A DNA stretch of 64,000 nt, taken from contig CBDANC010000012.1 of the NCBI GenBank assembly GCA_965197425.1, positions 153,077 to 217,076 of the forward strand, given 5' to 3'. The translations under genes were made by a program, and so were the position numbers. Positions 52,193-62,014 of this stretch are shown here, one piece after another (positions within the stretch are counted from its first letter, which is position 1; the number at the start of each line of letters is the position of its first letter). Origin of the DNA: Bdellovibrionales bacterium (GTDB lineage: Bacteria; Bdellovibrionota; Bdellovibrionia; Bdellovibrionales; JAUICD01). The notes beneath the pieces are model-generated. The model saw only the letters and a list, made by a program, of their open reading frames with translations. It did no database searches and was not told where the DNA came from.

Positions 52193-52789
52193 TTGAATTT
52201 GAAGAAACTAATTATGAGAATATTGGTGCCTGTTTTTGCTATTATAGTAACAGGCTGTCAACACACTCCTAGGTCTCAGGCTGAGATCCAGGTGTTTGGT
52301 TCTAATATATCAAAAACTGACTATAACTTTCATTTCAAAAAACACTCATCTTATAGAGCATATTCTGGCTTAGAAAACATTTTTCAAATGAAAGCTAAGT
52401 TTCTAAGTTATAAAACCCTGGAGCTTATAAATAGAAAAAAAGCATCAATATATCAATGGGATACATCCAAATTAGAAGAACAAATACTCAAAACAAATTC
52501 TACTGCAGCCTCATCTAGTACTGTATTTATAAGTTTCTATTCTAAAAAACTCCCTAATCTAAAAGACTGGGAAGTTACCATTGAGGTAGGCGATACAAAA
52601 TATAAAGCTAGTTTGATGGAGAAGAAGGAGGCTTTCGGGCAAGTTTTCCCTTTTCATGATCATTGGAGCAAAGGTTACTATGCCAAATTTTTACTACCTA
52701 CAACCAAACTTGAGTCTGACTTAGCAGGATTAGATGTTAAGTTAATAGTAACCAGCAAAATTGGAGGGGGCTTTACCTCTCTTCACTGA
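52193..52789 (+). CDS. Hypothetical lipoprotein
   Basis: Lipobox VTGC. Confidence 0.6.
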   Translation: MNLKKLIMRILVPVFAIIVTGCQHTPRSQAEIQVFGSNISKTDYNFHFKKHSSYRAYSGLENIFQMKAKFLSYKTLELINRKKASIYQWDTSKLEEQILKTNSTAASSSTVFISFYSKKLPNLKDWEVTIEVGDTKYKASLMEKKEAFGQVFPFHDHWSKGYYAKFLLPTTKLESDLAGLDVKLIVTSKIGGGFTSLH

Positions 52790-52941
52790 TCTGTTGAATA
52801 TTACTAAAGAAAATTAATATAGGACAGTTGCTACATGACAACAAACTCTTTCTATTTATTATGGGCATTGTTCCAGGGCCTTAGTCTTGGTTTTGCTTTA
52901 TACATGCTTGATCCATACTTTGGTATGTATGATAATTTTTC

Positions 52942-54612
52942 ATGCTGATGAAGCTTAAACAGACCAGGCTACTTATTCTATGCTGTGGAAGTTTGTCTAT
53001 TGCTATTTTAGTTATCTTGCTTGTAACCAGAAATAGTTTGATCAACACACAATATCAGTTTGTGAAAAATGAATCACAAAAAGTAAACCATATATTTTCT
53101 TTATTGGTAAGTGAATCTCTAAAAGAGAAGCATGTGGATCTTATCAATGTTGCGACAGATAAAAGGAATAACAGATTATCATTTTATGATTTTATTGCTG
53201 TTTTTGTAATGGGTAATAAGGATGGTAAACTGGTAGAGAAATTTTCTGATTCCATCACACATATACCAAGCGGTTATGGACATGTAATTTTAAATAAGCT
53301 TCCCACACAGGTGGAGTATCCACTACGAGTGGAGTATCCACATTTGGAGTCTCAGATTAATTTGCAGCCGATCAAGTCTACTGATGGTGTAGATTTAATA
53401 GCGATGATAACAAAGCACAAGGGCAATATTTTGATTGGCCTGTTTAAAAACAAATTTCCTGCTATGGTTCAAAAGTTTATTTTAGATCACAGTGAAGTTG
53501 TGCTTATGAACAAGCAGGGGTTTGTGCTGGCAAGCTCATCTACTTATGGTCAAAAAATAGAAAGCCCGATAACCAGAGCAATCCAAAATAATAGCTTTAA
53601 CACCCAAGAGCTATTTCATTACTCTGATCACTTTCAGGAAATGGTATCTAGTATTGCATCTCTAGCAGACACAAACTTGTATGCTTCTGTATCTACCTCT
53701 CATGGAATAATTTATTCCTATGCAAATAAGGTATCTAAAAACATCCTTATGATTGGTATTGCTGTGGTGTTGATTAGCGTAGGCATTATATTGGCCTTTT
53801 CAATTAAGTTATCTGAAGAGTCTAAAGAGCCTGAAAGGCATAAACCAAAACCTGCCAATAATACTGAAGATATTAAGAAAGGCTTTAAAAGATATGAGTC
53901 TTTAGAGAGGGTGACATTGTCTGAGTTGGGCAATCAAAGAAAAAACGCTTTCAGAGAATTTAGCTCCTTTGTGTCTTCAAAAACCACAGGGCCCTTAGCC
54001 AGTGCAATTGGGCATATACAAATAATAAAGGCTAAAAACTCTAATCAAACACTAGAAAGGCACCTTGAAAAAGGAGAGCGAGCTATAAGGGATGTGCAAG
54101 ATATAGTAAGTAAGCTTGCTCAATTTTCAAATACTGATTTCAGAGAAAAAACAACTTTGGATGTAAATCAAACTTTAAATGATACAATCAGGCTTATGGA
54201 GTATAACTTAACTGGTATAGCTATAAATACCAATTTTAACAAGCCTAAACCAGTGCTTGCCAACCAGGCCCAGTTAAAACAAGTTTTCTATGATCTGATA
54301 TCTAAAATATTGGATGATATGAAACTAGTAAATACCAGTGAGCTTTTTTTAGAGACAAAAAATATTGATACCTTAGTAAACATAACCTTTAAATATTTAT
54401 CTAATGAAGGCTTTGACCCCCTACCCTACAGCGATAAAAACCTGAATTTAGCAGCATGCTTAGGTATTATAGAAGAACATGGAGGTAGTATCACCCCTAG
54501 CCTTGATGGTGGTGGTACAGTGATTACCCTAACATTGCCCGTCTTGAACAAGGATGTCTATTTAAAAAATCAAGTATTAACAAATGTTAATATATCCAGC
54601 CCAACTGTTTAA
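52942..54612 (+). CDS. Membrane sensor with a degenerate histidine-kinase core (pseudokinase)
   Basis: Two TMs around a Cache-like domain; HK scaffold (QLKQVF, IIEEHGGSI, T.LP) but H, N and G boxes eroded. Confidence 0.65.
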   Translation: MLMKLKQTRLLILCCGSLSIAILVILLVTRNSLINTQYQFVKNESQKVNHIFSLLVSESLKEKHVDLINVATDKRNNRLSFYDFIAVFVMGNKDGKLVEKFSDSITHIPSGYGHVILNKLPTQVEYPLRVEYPHLESQINLQPIKSTDGVDLIAMITKHKGNILIGLFKNKFPAMVQKFILDHSEVVLMNKQGFVLASSSTYGQKIESPITRAIQNNSFNTQELFHYSDHFQEMVSSIASLADTNLYASVSTSHGIIYSYANKVSKNILMIGIAVVLISVGIILAFSIKLSEESKEPERHKPKPANNTEDIKKGFKRYESLERVTLSELGNQRKNAFREFSSFVSSKTTGPLASAIGHIQIIKAKNSNQTLERHLEKGERAIRDVQDIVSKLAQFSNTDFREKTTLDVNQTLNDTIRLMEYNLTGIAINTNFNKPKPVLANQAQLKQVFYDLISKILDDMKLVNTSELFLETKNIDTLVNITFKYLSNEGFDPLPYSDKNLNLAACLGIIEEHGGSITPSLDGGGTVITLTLPVLNKDVYLKNQVLTNVNISSPTV

Positions 54613-54726
54613 TATAACAAAAACTCACAACAAAATGTATTTGCCATTGACAAGAATGGCTTGATAGCATGAATAGAAACTGAAGTTAATACTATATATC
54701 AGGTTCTCATTTAGAGGATAGGCACT

Positions 54727-55632
54727 ATGGCAGATCAAAACATATCAAACCTTGAAGCTCAAAATAATTTTTCTCACTCTAATAAATCATTAAAACTCCA
54801 CAGCAAAATGTTTTTTTCTAAACTAAGGACCCTTACTAAGTACAGTGATATAATTAGCCATTTTGTAGAAAATCTTTATGAATTGACAAAGGCCAATATA
54901 ATTTACTTGGATTATCATAGAACGCACTCTCTTTTAAGTATATTGCACTATACGGGCAACCTAGAATTTGAATATAAAATTGGCATAACCTGTACACCTA
55001 ACGAAGCTGAAAGGATACTGTTTAAAAATAAGCTTCCAAATCTAGATAAAATCAAAGGACTTACTACTTATGAGACCATACCTATTCAATATGATAACAA
55101 TTTGCATGGAATTGTAATATTAGATGGGATTAAAAATTTACAAGCATCTGGTTTCAGTTACCAGTTGAGCTGCCAATATGCAGCTCATTTTGCAAGTTTT
55201 TTGCATGCATTTAAGTTAGCAGCACTTAATAAAAAAATAATTGACCCAACTACCGGAGCTTATTCTAAAAGGCATTTTTATAAAACTCTATATGAAACAT
55301 TTGATAAATCAAAAAAGCTGAGTTTGGTTTCAATTTGTTTATCCAATATAAAATCAATAGATCAAATAAATCATAGAATCTATAGAATGAGAGAGAAAGA
55401 ATTTGTGATTCTTTTTAGAAAAAACCTAATAGATACAGCTTCCCTCGCAGAAAAAATAAGGAGAAGCTTGTTGGTAGGAGGTTCGAAAGCAAGTATAGGT
55501 GTTTCTGCATACCCAGAAACTTGTCATGATGCAGATTCTTTATTATATACTGCTCAGTCCGCAATGCTTGCGGTAAAAAATAAGTATAGAGTATGTACTG
55601 CAAAACCCATGGGTAAAGAAATTAACTTATGA
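54727..55632 (+). CDS. Degenerate GGDEF-domain protein
   Basis: DPTTGAY..RHF, YRMREKEF in place of RYGGEEF, AEKIR, SIGVSAYP. Confidence 0.7.
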   Translation: MADQNISNLEAQNNFSHSNKSLKLHSKMFFSKLRTLTKYSDIISHFVENLYELTKANIIYLDYHRTHSLLSILHYTGNLEFEYKIGITCTPNEAERILFKNKLPNLDKIKGLTTYETIPIQYDNNLHGIVILDGIKNLQASGFSYQLSCQYAAHFASFLHAFKLAALNKKIIDPTTGAYSKRHFYKTLYETFDKSKKLSLVSICLSNIKSIDQINHRIYRMREKEFVILFRKNLIDTASLAEKIRRSLLVGGSKASIGVSAYPETCHDADSLLYTAQSAMLAVKNKYRVCTAKPMGKEINL

Positions 55633-56684
55633 GTTTTGAAATATCTCTGTCAAACTTGGATTACAACATCAATTCAATCCGAACTTATATCGGCAAAGAT
55701 ACATTTTGTTGCCCAATGGTAAAAGCAAATGCTTACGGCCATGGAGATATTCTTATTTCGAATAGATTAGTCAAACAGGGTATAAATACTTTAGGAATTG
55801 CAACAATTCAGGAGGGAATAAAGCTTAGAAAAAATTTCTCTGATATAAAAATTTTAGTTTTTAGTTCAAACTATGATGTTCAAAACATTATTGATTATAA
55901 ACTTACCCCTGTTATTAGTGACATGAACGATCTTAAAAGATTTGAAAATCATAAAATAAATATTCATTTAAAATTTGACACTGGTATTGGTAGATTTGGT
56001 TTTGACATAGAAGATCCTCCCATAATCAAAGAGATTTTATCTAAAAGCAAACTGAAGCTAAAGGGCTTAGCAACTCATTTTGCCAGTGGTTTTGACATAA
56101 ACAATCCTGAAGGTTTTAGTAGAAAACAGATTACTAGGTTTAACAAGATAAAATCACATTGGAAGAATAATATACAAGCTCACTATCACAACTCTGTAAG
56201 CCTGATGGCAAGAAAATATAGTGATAATATTGGGGCAAGACCAGGATTGTGTATGTATGGTGCATATCCTCCTAAATTAGACACATTTAACTTCAAGATA
56301 AAACCTGTGATGAGTATTACATCAGAAGTTATACAGATAAAATCTTTAGCACAAAATACACCAATATCATACTCACAATCCTATGTATTAGATAAAAATT
56401 CAAAAATAGCGGTGGTAGCTTTTGGCTATGCAAATGGTATTATTAGAAATGCCTCAAATAAACTACAGGTTTTGATAAACGGAAAAAAATATCCTCAGAT
56501 AGGTTTCATAACCATGAACTCTATGATTATAAAAGTTGATAATAGCGTTAATATAGGTGACAAAGTGACTATCCTTGGTCAAGACGCAAACAACAGCATT
56601 ACTGCATTGGATATAGCTAGCTTTGCTGGTACAATACCCAATGAGGTATTGACCAGCTTTGGCAATGGAAAAATTGATACATAA
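55629..56684 (+). CDS. alr: Alanine racemase
   Basis: VKANAYGHG, HLKFDTG..R.G, RPGL..YG, GYANG. Confidence 0.95.
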   Translation: MSFEISLSNLDYNINSIRTYIGKDTFCCPMVKANAYGHGDILISNRLVKQGINTLGIATIQEGIKLRKNFSDIKILVFSSNYDVQNIIDYKLTPVISDMNDLKRFENHKINIHLKFDTGIGRFGFDIEDPPIIKEILSKSKLKLKGLATHFASGFDINNPEGFSRKQITRFNKIKSHWKNNIQAHYHNSVSLMARKYSDNIGARPGLCMYGAYPPKLDTFNFKIKPVMSITSEVIQIKSLAQNTPISYSQSYVLDKNSKIAVVAFGYANGIIRNASNKLQVLINGKKYPQIGFITMNSMIIKVDNSVNIGDKVTILGQDANNSITALDIASFAGTIPNEVLTSFGNGKIDT

Positions 56685-57447
56685 CATTGGTAATACAGCA
56701 ATAAGCTTTACAAAAAAAACAGGTGAAGTAATCCTTCACTTTTATAGCTCTTTTATAAATATTAAACCATTTAGGTTTAAAGAGCTGTTGTTACAAATTG
56801 AGTTTGTAGGTAACAAATCTATTTTAATAATTTGTATTACCGGTTTATTTACTGGATTTGTGTTTGCTTATCAAACATGGCTAGGGCTTAATTTATTTGA
56901 TGTAGAAAATATAGTTGGCACAGTTTCTGCTCTAAGTATATTTAGAGAAATTGGACCTGTAATGACAGGAATTATTTTATCAGCCAGAGCAGGAGGAGCA
57001 ATTGCCGCAAGACTGGGGGCAATGGTTGTGACAGATCAAGTAGATGCCATAGAAGTGATGGGAATTAGTAGCAAAAACTACCTTATAGCTCCCAGAATAT
57101 TAGCCAGTATAATTGCAACTCCACTATTAACGGTTGTGTTTAGTATATTTGCTATGCTTGGTTGTTATGTATTGGCAGTAAAGTTAAACAATTTAGATGA
57201 AGCAGTATTTTGGAGTAAAACCTTAATGTGGCTTGGGCCTAGAGATATTATAGAAGGTCTCATTAAAGCAAGTGTGTTTGGGTTATTATTTTCGGTAATA
57301 TGTACTTACATTGGGATGAACACCAAAAAAGGTGCAGCGGGGGTTGGAGAAGCAACCAACAACAGCATTGTAACCAGTATCGTATGCATAATTGTAGCCG
57401 ACTATTTTATAACTAGAATTATAGGATTATTTTGGGGTTTTATATGA
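56665..57447 (+). CDS. mlaE: MlaE-family ABC permease
   Basis: REIGPV, RAG.AIAA.LG.M...QVDA, GAAGVG.AT. Confidence 0.92.
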   Translation: MEKLIHNIGNTAISFTKKTGEVILHFYSSFINIKPFRFKELLLQIEFVGNKSILIICITGLFTGFVFAYQTWLGLNLFDVENIVGTVSALSIFREIGPVMTGIILSARAGGAIAARLGAMVVTDQVDAIEVMGISSKNYLIAPRILASIIATPLLTVVFSIFAMLGCYVLAVKLNNLDEAVFWSKTLMWLGPRDIIEGLIKASVFGLLFSVICTYIGMNTKKGAAGVGEATNNSIVTSIVCIIVADYFITRIIGLFWGFI

Positions 57448-58205
57448 AAAATGCCATAGAATGTATTGGGCTAAAAAAAACTTTTGATAATAATGAAAAA
57501 GTTTTAAATGGAATAAATCTTAAAATAGAAAAAGGTTCTATAACAGTCATTTTAGGTTTAAGTGGAGCTGGTAAAAGTATCCTATTAAAACATTTATTAG
57601 GCCTGATGCTACCAACTGATGGAGTGATAAAAATACTTGGGAATGATCTACAAGCTCTTAACCCAGAACAATTAAAGGAACTAAGAGGAAGATTTGGAGT
57701 TTTATTTCAAAACTCAGCTTTATTCAATGACATGACAGTAATAGAAAATGTTATGTTTCCTCTAAAAGAAAAAAATAGATCCACCAAATCATCAAATTAT
57801 GATTTATATAGCAAGGCTTCTAAAATGCTAGAGTCCCTTGGAATAGAACCCATTCAATTTGAAAAGTTACCATCTCAAATTAGTGGTGGTATGCAGAAAA
57901 GAGTGGGATTAGCACGAGCTTTAGTGATTCAACCACAAATTTTGTTCTATGATGAGCCTGTAACAGGGTTGGACCCTATTACAACATCCATGGTCAACAA
58001 ACTAATTGTAAACACACACAAAAAAAGTTCAGGACTTACGTCTGTAATTGTTTCTCATGATCTACTATCATCGCTCTATATAGCCGATAAGATTGCGATG
58101 ATACATGATGGGAAAGTGTTGTTATTTGGCACTCCTTTGGAGTTTAAAAACAGCAAAAACTCACATGTAAGAAGGTTTATGGAAACACATTATGAGAACG
58201 CTTGA
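57444..58205 (+). CDS. mlaF: MlaF-family ABC ATPase
   Basis: GLSGAGKS, SGGMQKRVGLARA, YDEP.TGLDP. Confidence 0.92.
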   Translation: MKNAIECIGLKKTFDNNEKVLNGINLKIEKGSITVILGLSGAGKSILLKHLLGLMLPTDGVIKILGNDLQALNPEQLKELRGRFGVLFQNSALFNDMTVIENVMFPLKEKNRSTKSSNYDLYSKASKMLESLGIEPIQFEKLPSQISGGMQKRVGLARALVIQPQILFYDEPVTGLDPITTSMVNKLIVNTHKKSSGLTSVIVSHDLLSSLYIADKIAMIHDGKVLLFGTPLEFKNSKNSHVRRFMETHYENA

Positions 58206-59457
58206 ATTTCGTGTTGGACTTTTGGTTATAACAATTTTGAGCATAGTTGTATCTATGCTTTTTGTTGTTGGAGATAATTTTGGTAATTTTGGAGCCAATC
58301 AAAGCTTTTATTTTTTTCTAAATGATGCAAATGGAATTACTAAAAAGAGCAAAGTAAAATTAGCTGGCTTAGATATTGGTTATGTAGAAGATATTGACCT
58401 CGTAAAAAATAGAGCAAAAATAAACCTAGTTCTCAATAGAAAAGATATAACCTCTGATGCATTCGTAGAGATTAGAGATGATGGATTACTTGGAGATAGA
58501 TATATAACCATAGTAAACGGCACTTCAAATGAGTTATTAAAAACCAATCAAGAGATAACCCAGGTTGTAGATGGAGGAACTTTTGATAGAGCGGTGGATA
58601 AAATTGCATCTGTTGCAAGTTCAATAGAACTTATACCGGAACTATTAGGTGAATCTAAGAACACAAAATCTCCTTTAATAAACACAATAAAAAATTTGGA
58701 AAACATGACTCATGCATTAAGTGAAGTTACAACCAAACACAAAGAAGAAATATCAAATCTATTAGTTTCAATGAATCGCATAACTAGTAGAGTAGATAGT
58801 GGATTAGAAGGTTGGGATGAATCATGGAATAGAATAATGAAGTCAGTTGACAACATGGATATTGCATTTGAAAACATAAAAGATATAACAGAAAAAATAC
58901 AAAATGGTGAAGGGGCCTTGGGTAAGTTAATCTACGAAGATGAAACTGTGGATAACATTAACACAGCTGTTTCAGGTATCAGTGAACTTGTTGAACAGTC
59001 TAATCAAATAAAAACATTTTTGGATTTAAGGGGCGATTATTTTACATCTGATTTGAGGGCAAAAACAAATCTATCTATTGTAGTACAACCAGGTCCAGAC
59101 AGACAATTTGAAGCCTCCATAGTTGATGATCCTATAATTGGAAATAACAGTAAAATAAGATTTAGTGCATTGTATGAGCAAAAATTATATGACCTTGCAA
59201 TTAAGGCAGGTATTATAGAAAACACTGTAGGGCTTGGATTAAGTTATTTTGCTCTTCCAAAGCTAAAACTAACTTTAGAGTCATTTAAGCTTGCTGAGAG
59301 TTTACCAAGGTTACGAAGCTATTTAAAATATGGTTTTACTAATAGTATATATTTAGTAAGTGGAATGGATAGACTACTACAAACCCCTTCTTTTTTTGTT
59401 GGGCTAGGCATAATGCTTTCAAACGATGATCTGAAAACACTATTTCTCTTACCTTGA
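58192..59457 (+). CDS. mlaD: MlaD/MCE-family protein with helical and C-terminal beta-rich extension
   Basis: E.RVG, MCE motifs V.LAG..IG.V and GLLGDRY. Confidence 0.85.
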   Translation: MRTLEFRVGLLVITILSIVVSMLFVVGDNFGNFGANQSFYFFLNDANGITKKSKVKLAGLDIGYVEDIDLVKNRAKINLVLNRKDITSDAFVEIRDDGLLGDRYITIVNGTSNELLKTNQEITQVVDGGTFDRAVDKIASVASSIELIPELLGESKNTKSPLINTIKNLENMTHALSEVTTKHKEEISNLLVSMNRITSRVDSGLEGWDESWNRIMKSVDNMDIAFENIKDITEKIQNGEGALGKLIYEDETVDNINTAVSGISELVEQSNQIKTFLDLRGDYFTSDLRAKTNLSIVVQPGPDRQFEASIVDDPIIGNNSKIRFSALYEQKLYDLAIKAGIIENTVGLGLSYFALPKLKLTLESFKLAESLPRLRSYLKYGFTNSIYLVSGMDRLLQTPSFFVGLGIMLSNDDLKTLFLLP

Positions 59458-59465
59458 GGGTTACA

Positions 59466-61169
59466 ATGTCTTCTGACTTGAAATGGATTATATTAAAAAA
59501 TCATGAAATACTAGGGCCTTTTACTACCTCTCAAATAATAACTAGCATATATGAAGGAAAATACAGACCAAATGATCAAGTTAGCATGAGAGTAAATGAC
59601 TCTGCTACCACAGTATCTGATGACAAAGGTTCTAATAGTTATTTTTTAAATTGGCGAAAGTTAGCTGAAGTATCTGAGTTTGCAATATTCAGAGGTAATC
59701 AAGAAGATACACTGGTGAATGACACACAAGATGACTGTACTGATCCAGGAGATGGGTATACAGAACCAAGTATCGATGACACAAAAGTAACTGACTTTAG
59801 TTATAATGATAGTGGAACAGGGAAAGTTAGTAGAGATGGCCATTATCAAGTATCGTCTAAAAAAACCAGATTAATTGTAAATACAATTTTGGTTTCAGCT
59901 GCTGTGATATTATTAGGTTTAGCTGTATATAAGAGGATGGTTAAAATTTCAAATGAGGACAAAGATTGGCATAAAATAGGGCTAAGCCATAAAAAAATTG
60001 GAAACTACAATAATGCCATTACCAGTTTAAAAGAAGCATATAAAAATACACCCTCTGATATTGATGTAGCTTTTAACTATGCTGAAGTTTTAATAGAAAG
60101 AGGGCAGTTAAATAAAACATCAGAAGTTTTAGATAAAATAACCGCAGCCGGAGCAGAACAAAGAAAGTTAAATTTACTTGGTATAATTAATTTGAAGAGG
60201 AAAAACTTACATGAGGCCAAAAGTTTATTTAACAAAGCTTTGGATATTGATCCATCATATACACCTGCACTCATCAACTCTGGAATTGCAAATTTACATG
60301 CTTTTCAATATACAAACTCACATAGTAAATTCGAGTTAGCGTATCGATCAGGTTCTAGGGATCCGATACTGATAATGAGCAAATTTTTAGCTACTGTTAA
60401 GCTGTTTGAACAAACAAAAAATCCCACACTGCTGCAATATATGAAAAGAGTTTTAGCATCAGCTTTAAATGCACAAACTGGATATAGAATTCACTATCAC
60501 TTGGCATTATCTTATTTAGAAATTTTACTAGGTAATACTGAGGCTGCTGAAAAATGGTTTACAAATATTATTGTTTTAGATGCTGATTTAGAACCTAGTG
60601 ATTTCTTGTATGATTTAGAAATCTTTAGAGATCATTTAAGCTGGGATACTATGTATTCACTAAGCACAGAGTTTGATGATTCGTTAGCTGATGAACCTAG
60701 AATTGAGGCTATAAAGGGTATATTGCTGCTTAAAAGCAAAAAATACGACGAAGCTGAAAGCACTTTATCCAACGCAATTTTACGAAACAGTGAAGACATA
60801 GGTATTAGATTACTATACTCCTATCTAAAAATGAAGTTGGGAGTTTTATCAGAAGCCAAAGCTAATATAGATCTTGTTTTACACGCTGACCATCCTCTAT
60901 TAGTTTTAATAAAATCAAAACTATGTACTGAAAGCCAAGAAAATTGTCCTAGTTTTTTTGAAGAGATGTCACAAACTGATCACTACAAATTACAAGGTAT
61001 TACTGGTTTAGCTGAGCATTTTATAAGTGCTAAACAATATAGTAAAGCCAGTAGTTTAGTAAACACAGGTCTTGAAGCTTCAGACTCATACATCCCGTTG
61101 CTTATTCTTAATCAAAAACTTGAAAGCATAAGTAAAAGTCCAATACGAGTGGAGTACCCACCAAAATAA
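59466..61169 (+). CDS. Membrane-anchored TPR protein with an N-terminal GYF-like domain
   Basis: W......LGPF, one TM, several TPRs. Confidence 0.7.
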   Translation: MSSDLKWIILKNHEILGPFTTSQIITSIYEGKYRPNDQVSMRVNDSATTVSDDKGSNSYFLNWRKLAEVSEFAIFRGNQEDTLVNDTQDDCTDPGDGYTEPSIDDTKVTDFSYNDSGTGKVSRDGHYQVSSKKTRLIVNTILVSAAVILLGLAVYKRMVKISNEDKDWHKIGLSHKKIGNYNNAITSLKEAYKNTPSDIDVAFNYAEVLIERGQLNKTSEVLDKITAAGAEQRKLNLLGIINLKRKNLHEAKSLFNKALDIDPSYTPALINSGIANLHAFQYTNSHSKFELAYRSGSRDPILIMSKFLATVKLFEQTKNPTLLQYMKRVLASALNAQTGYRIHYHLALSYLEILLGNTEAAEKWFTNIIVLDADLEPSDFLYDLEIFRDHLSWDTMYSLSTEFDDSLADEPRIEAIKGILLLKSKKYDEAESTLSNAILRNSEDIGIRLLYSYLKMKLGVLSEAKANIDLVLHADHPLLVLIKSKLCTESQENCPSFFEEMSQTDHYKLQGITGLAEHFISAKQYSKASSLVNTGLEASDSYIPLLILNQKLESISKSPIRVEYPPK

Positions 61170-61175
61170 AAAACA

Positions 61176-61976
61176 TTATCTGGTATTAACCAGTGATTTT
61201 ATATTTTCACCTGCCAGCATTCTTACGAGTAAGCCTAATGTTTTTAATACCGAGCCTGTTACATCTATCATTCCTTGATGTTTTTCACCTGTTCTAAGTC
61301 TCTCTTGCTCTATTTTATCACACACACTACCCATACTGCGATTGGTCTCTTTTAAACGATCTTTTAACTCCAAAAGTCCCTTTATCTCAAATTCATTTCT
61401 TACAAACTGAATAAGCCAATAGAAATTTCTTATAGTTTTTCTCAAACTATGGTAGTCCGAATAGGTTAATCTGACCTGTGCTTCACCACCCTTTTCTATC
61501 ACATCGATTGCCTGTTCTAGGCGTGATTTTAAAAACGCATGTAGCTCAACTGTGGACGTACTGATAAAGTCCTTTTTAAAATCAAGCTTTATTATATGCT
61601 CTAGATTATCACCCAACAATTTATCGATAAATTTATTTGTTTTTCTGGCTTGTTCTTCTACCTTAGCCTTTGCTATAACTGCATCTTTTAACTTCCCCAA
61701 CTTAACTACCAGTTTGTTGAGATCACGTGGAATAGAGTGAGATATATCAAACATAAAATATGCTGCTCTTAACCTTTGTGCATGTCGCCTCATCTGCAGA
61801 AGTTTCCTAAAATCATCTGTGCTGGCATACTTGCCAGAAACAAGCTTTGATAAAAGCTCTTTAAATTCTACTAGTTTCTCTAGGGAAAATGACTTTTCAA
61901 ACCTAGATACGCAGATATTAAATATAAAAGACATATCACCGTCTAAAAGATCCAGTATCTCACCGAACGATATCAC
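61176..61976 (-). CDS. CHAD-domain-like protein
   Basis: R...QRLRA, LG.LKD, YHSLRK..R, MG...D pattern. Confidence 0.6.
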   Translation of the reverse strand: MISFGEILDLLDGDMSFIFNICVSRFEKSFSLEKLVEFKELLSKLVSGKYASTDDFRKLLQMRRHAQRLRAAYFMFDISHSIPRDLNKLVVKLGKLKDAVIAKAKVEEQARKTNKFIDKLLGDNLEHIIKLDFKKDFISTSTVELHAFLKSRLEQAIDVIEKGGEAQVRLTYSDYHSLRKTIRNFYWLIQFVRNEFEIKGLLELKDRLKETNRSMGSVCDKIEQERLRTGEKHQGMIDVTGSVLKTLGLLVRMLAGENIKSLVNTR

Positions 61977-62014
61977 CCTATGCTTTTTTATATCTTCTTT
62001 AATAAGACTCCCAA

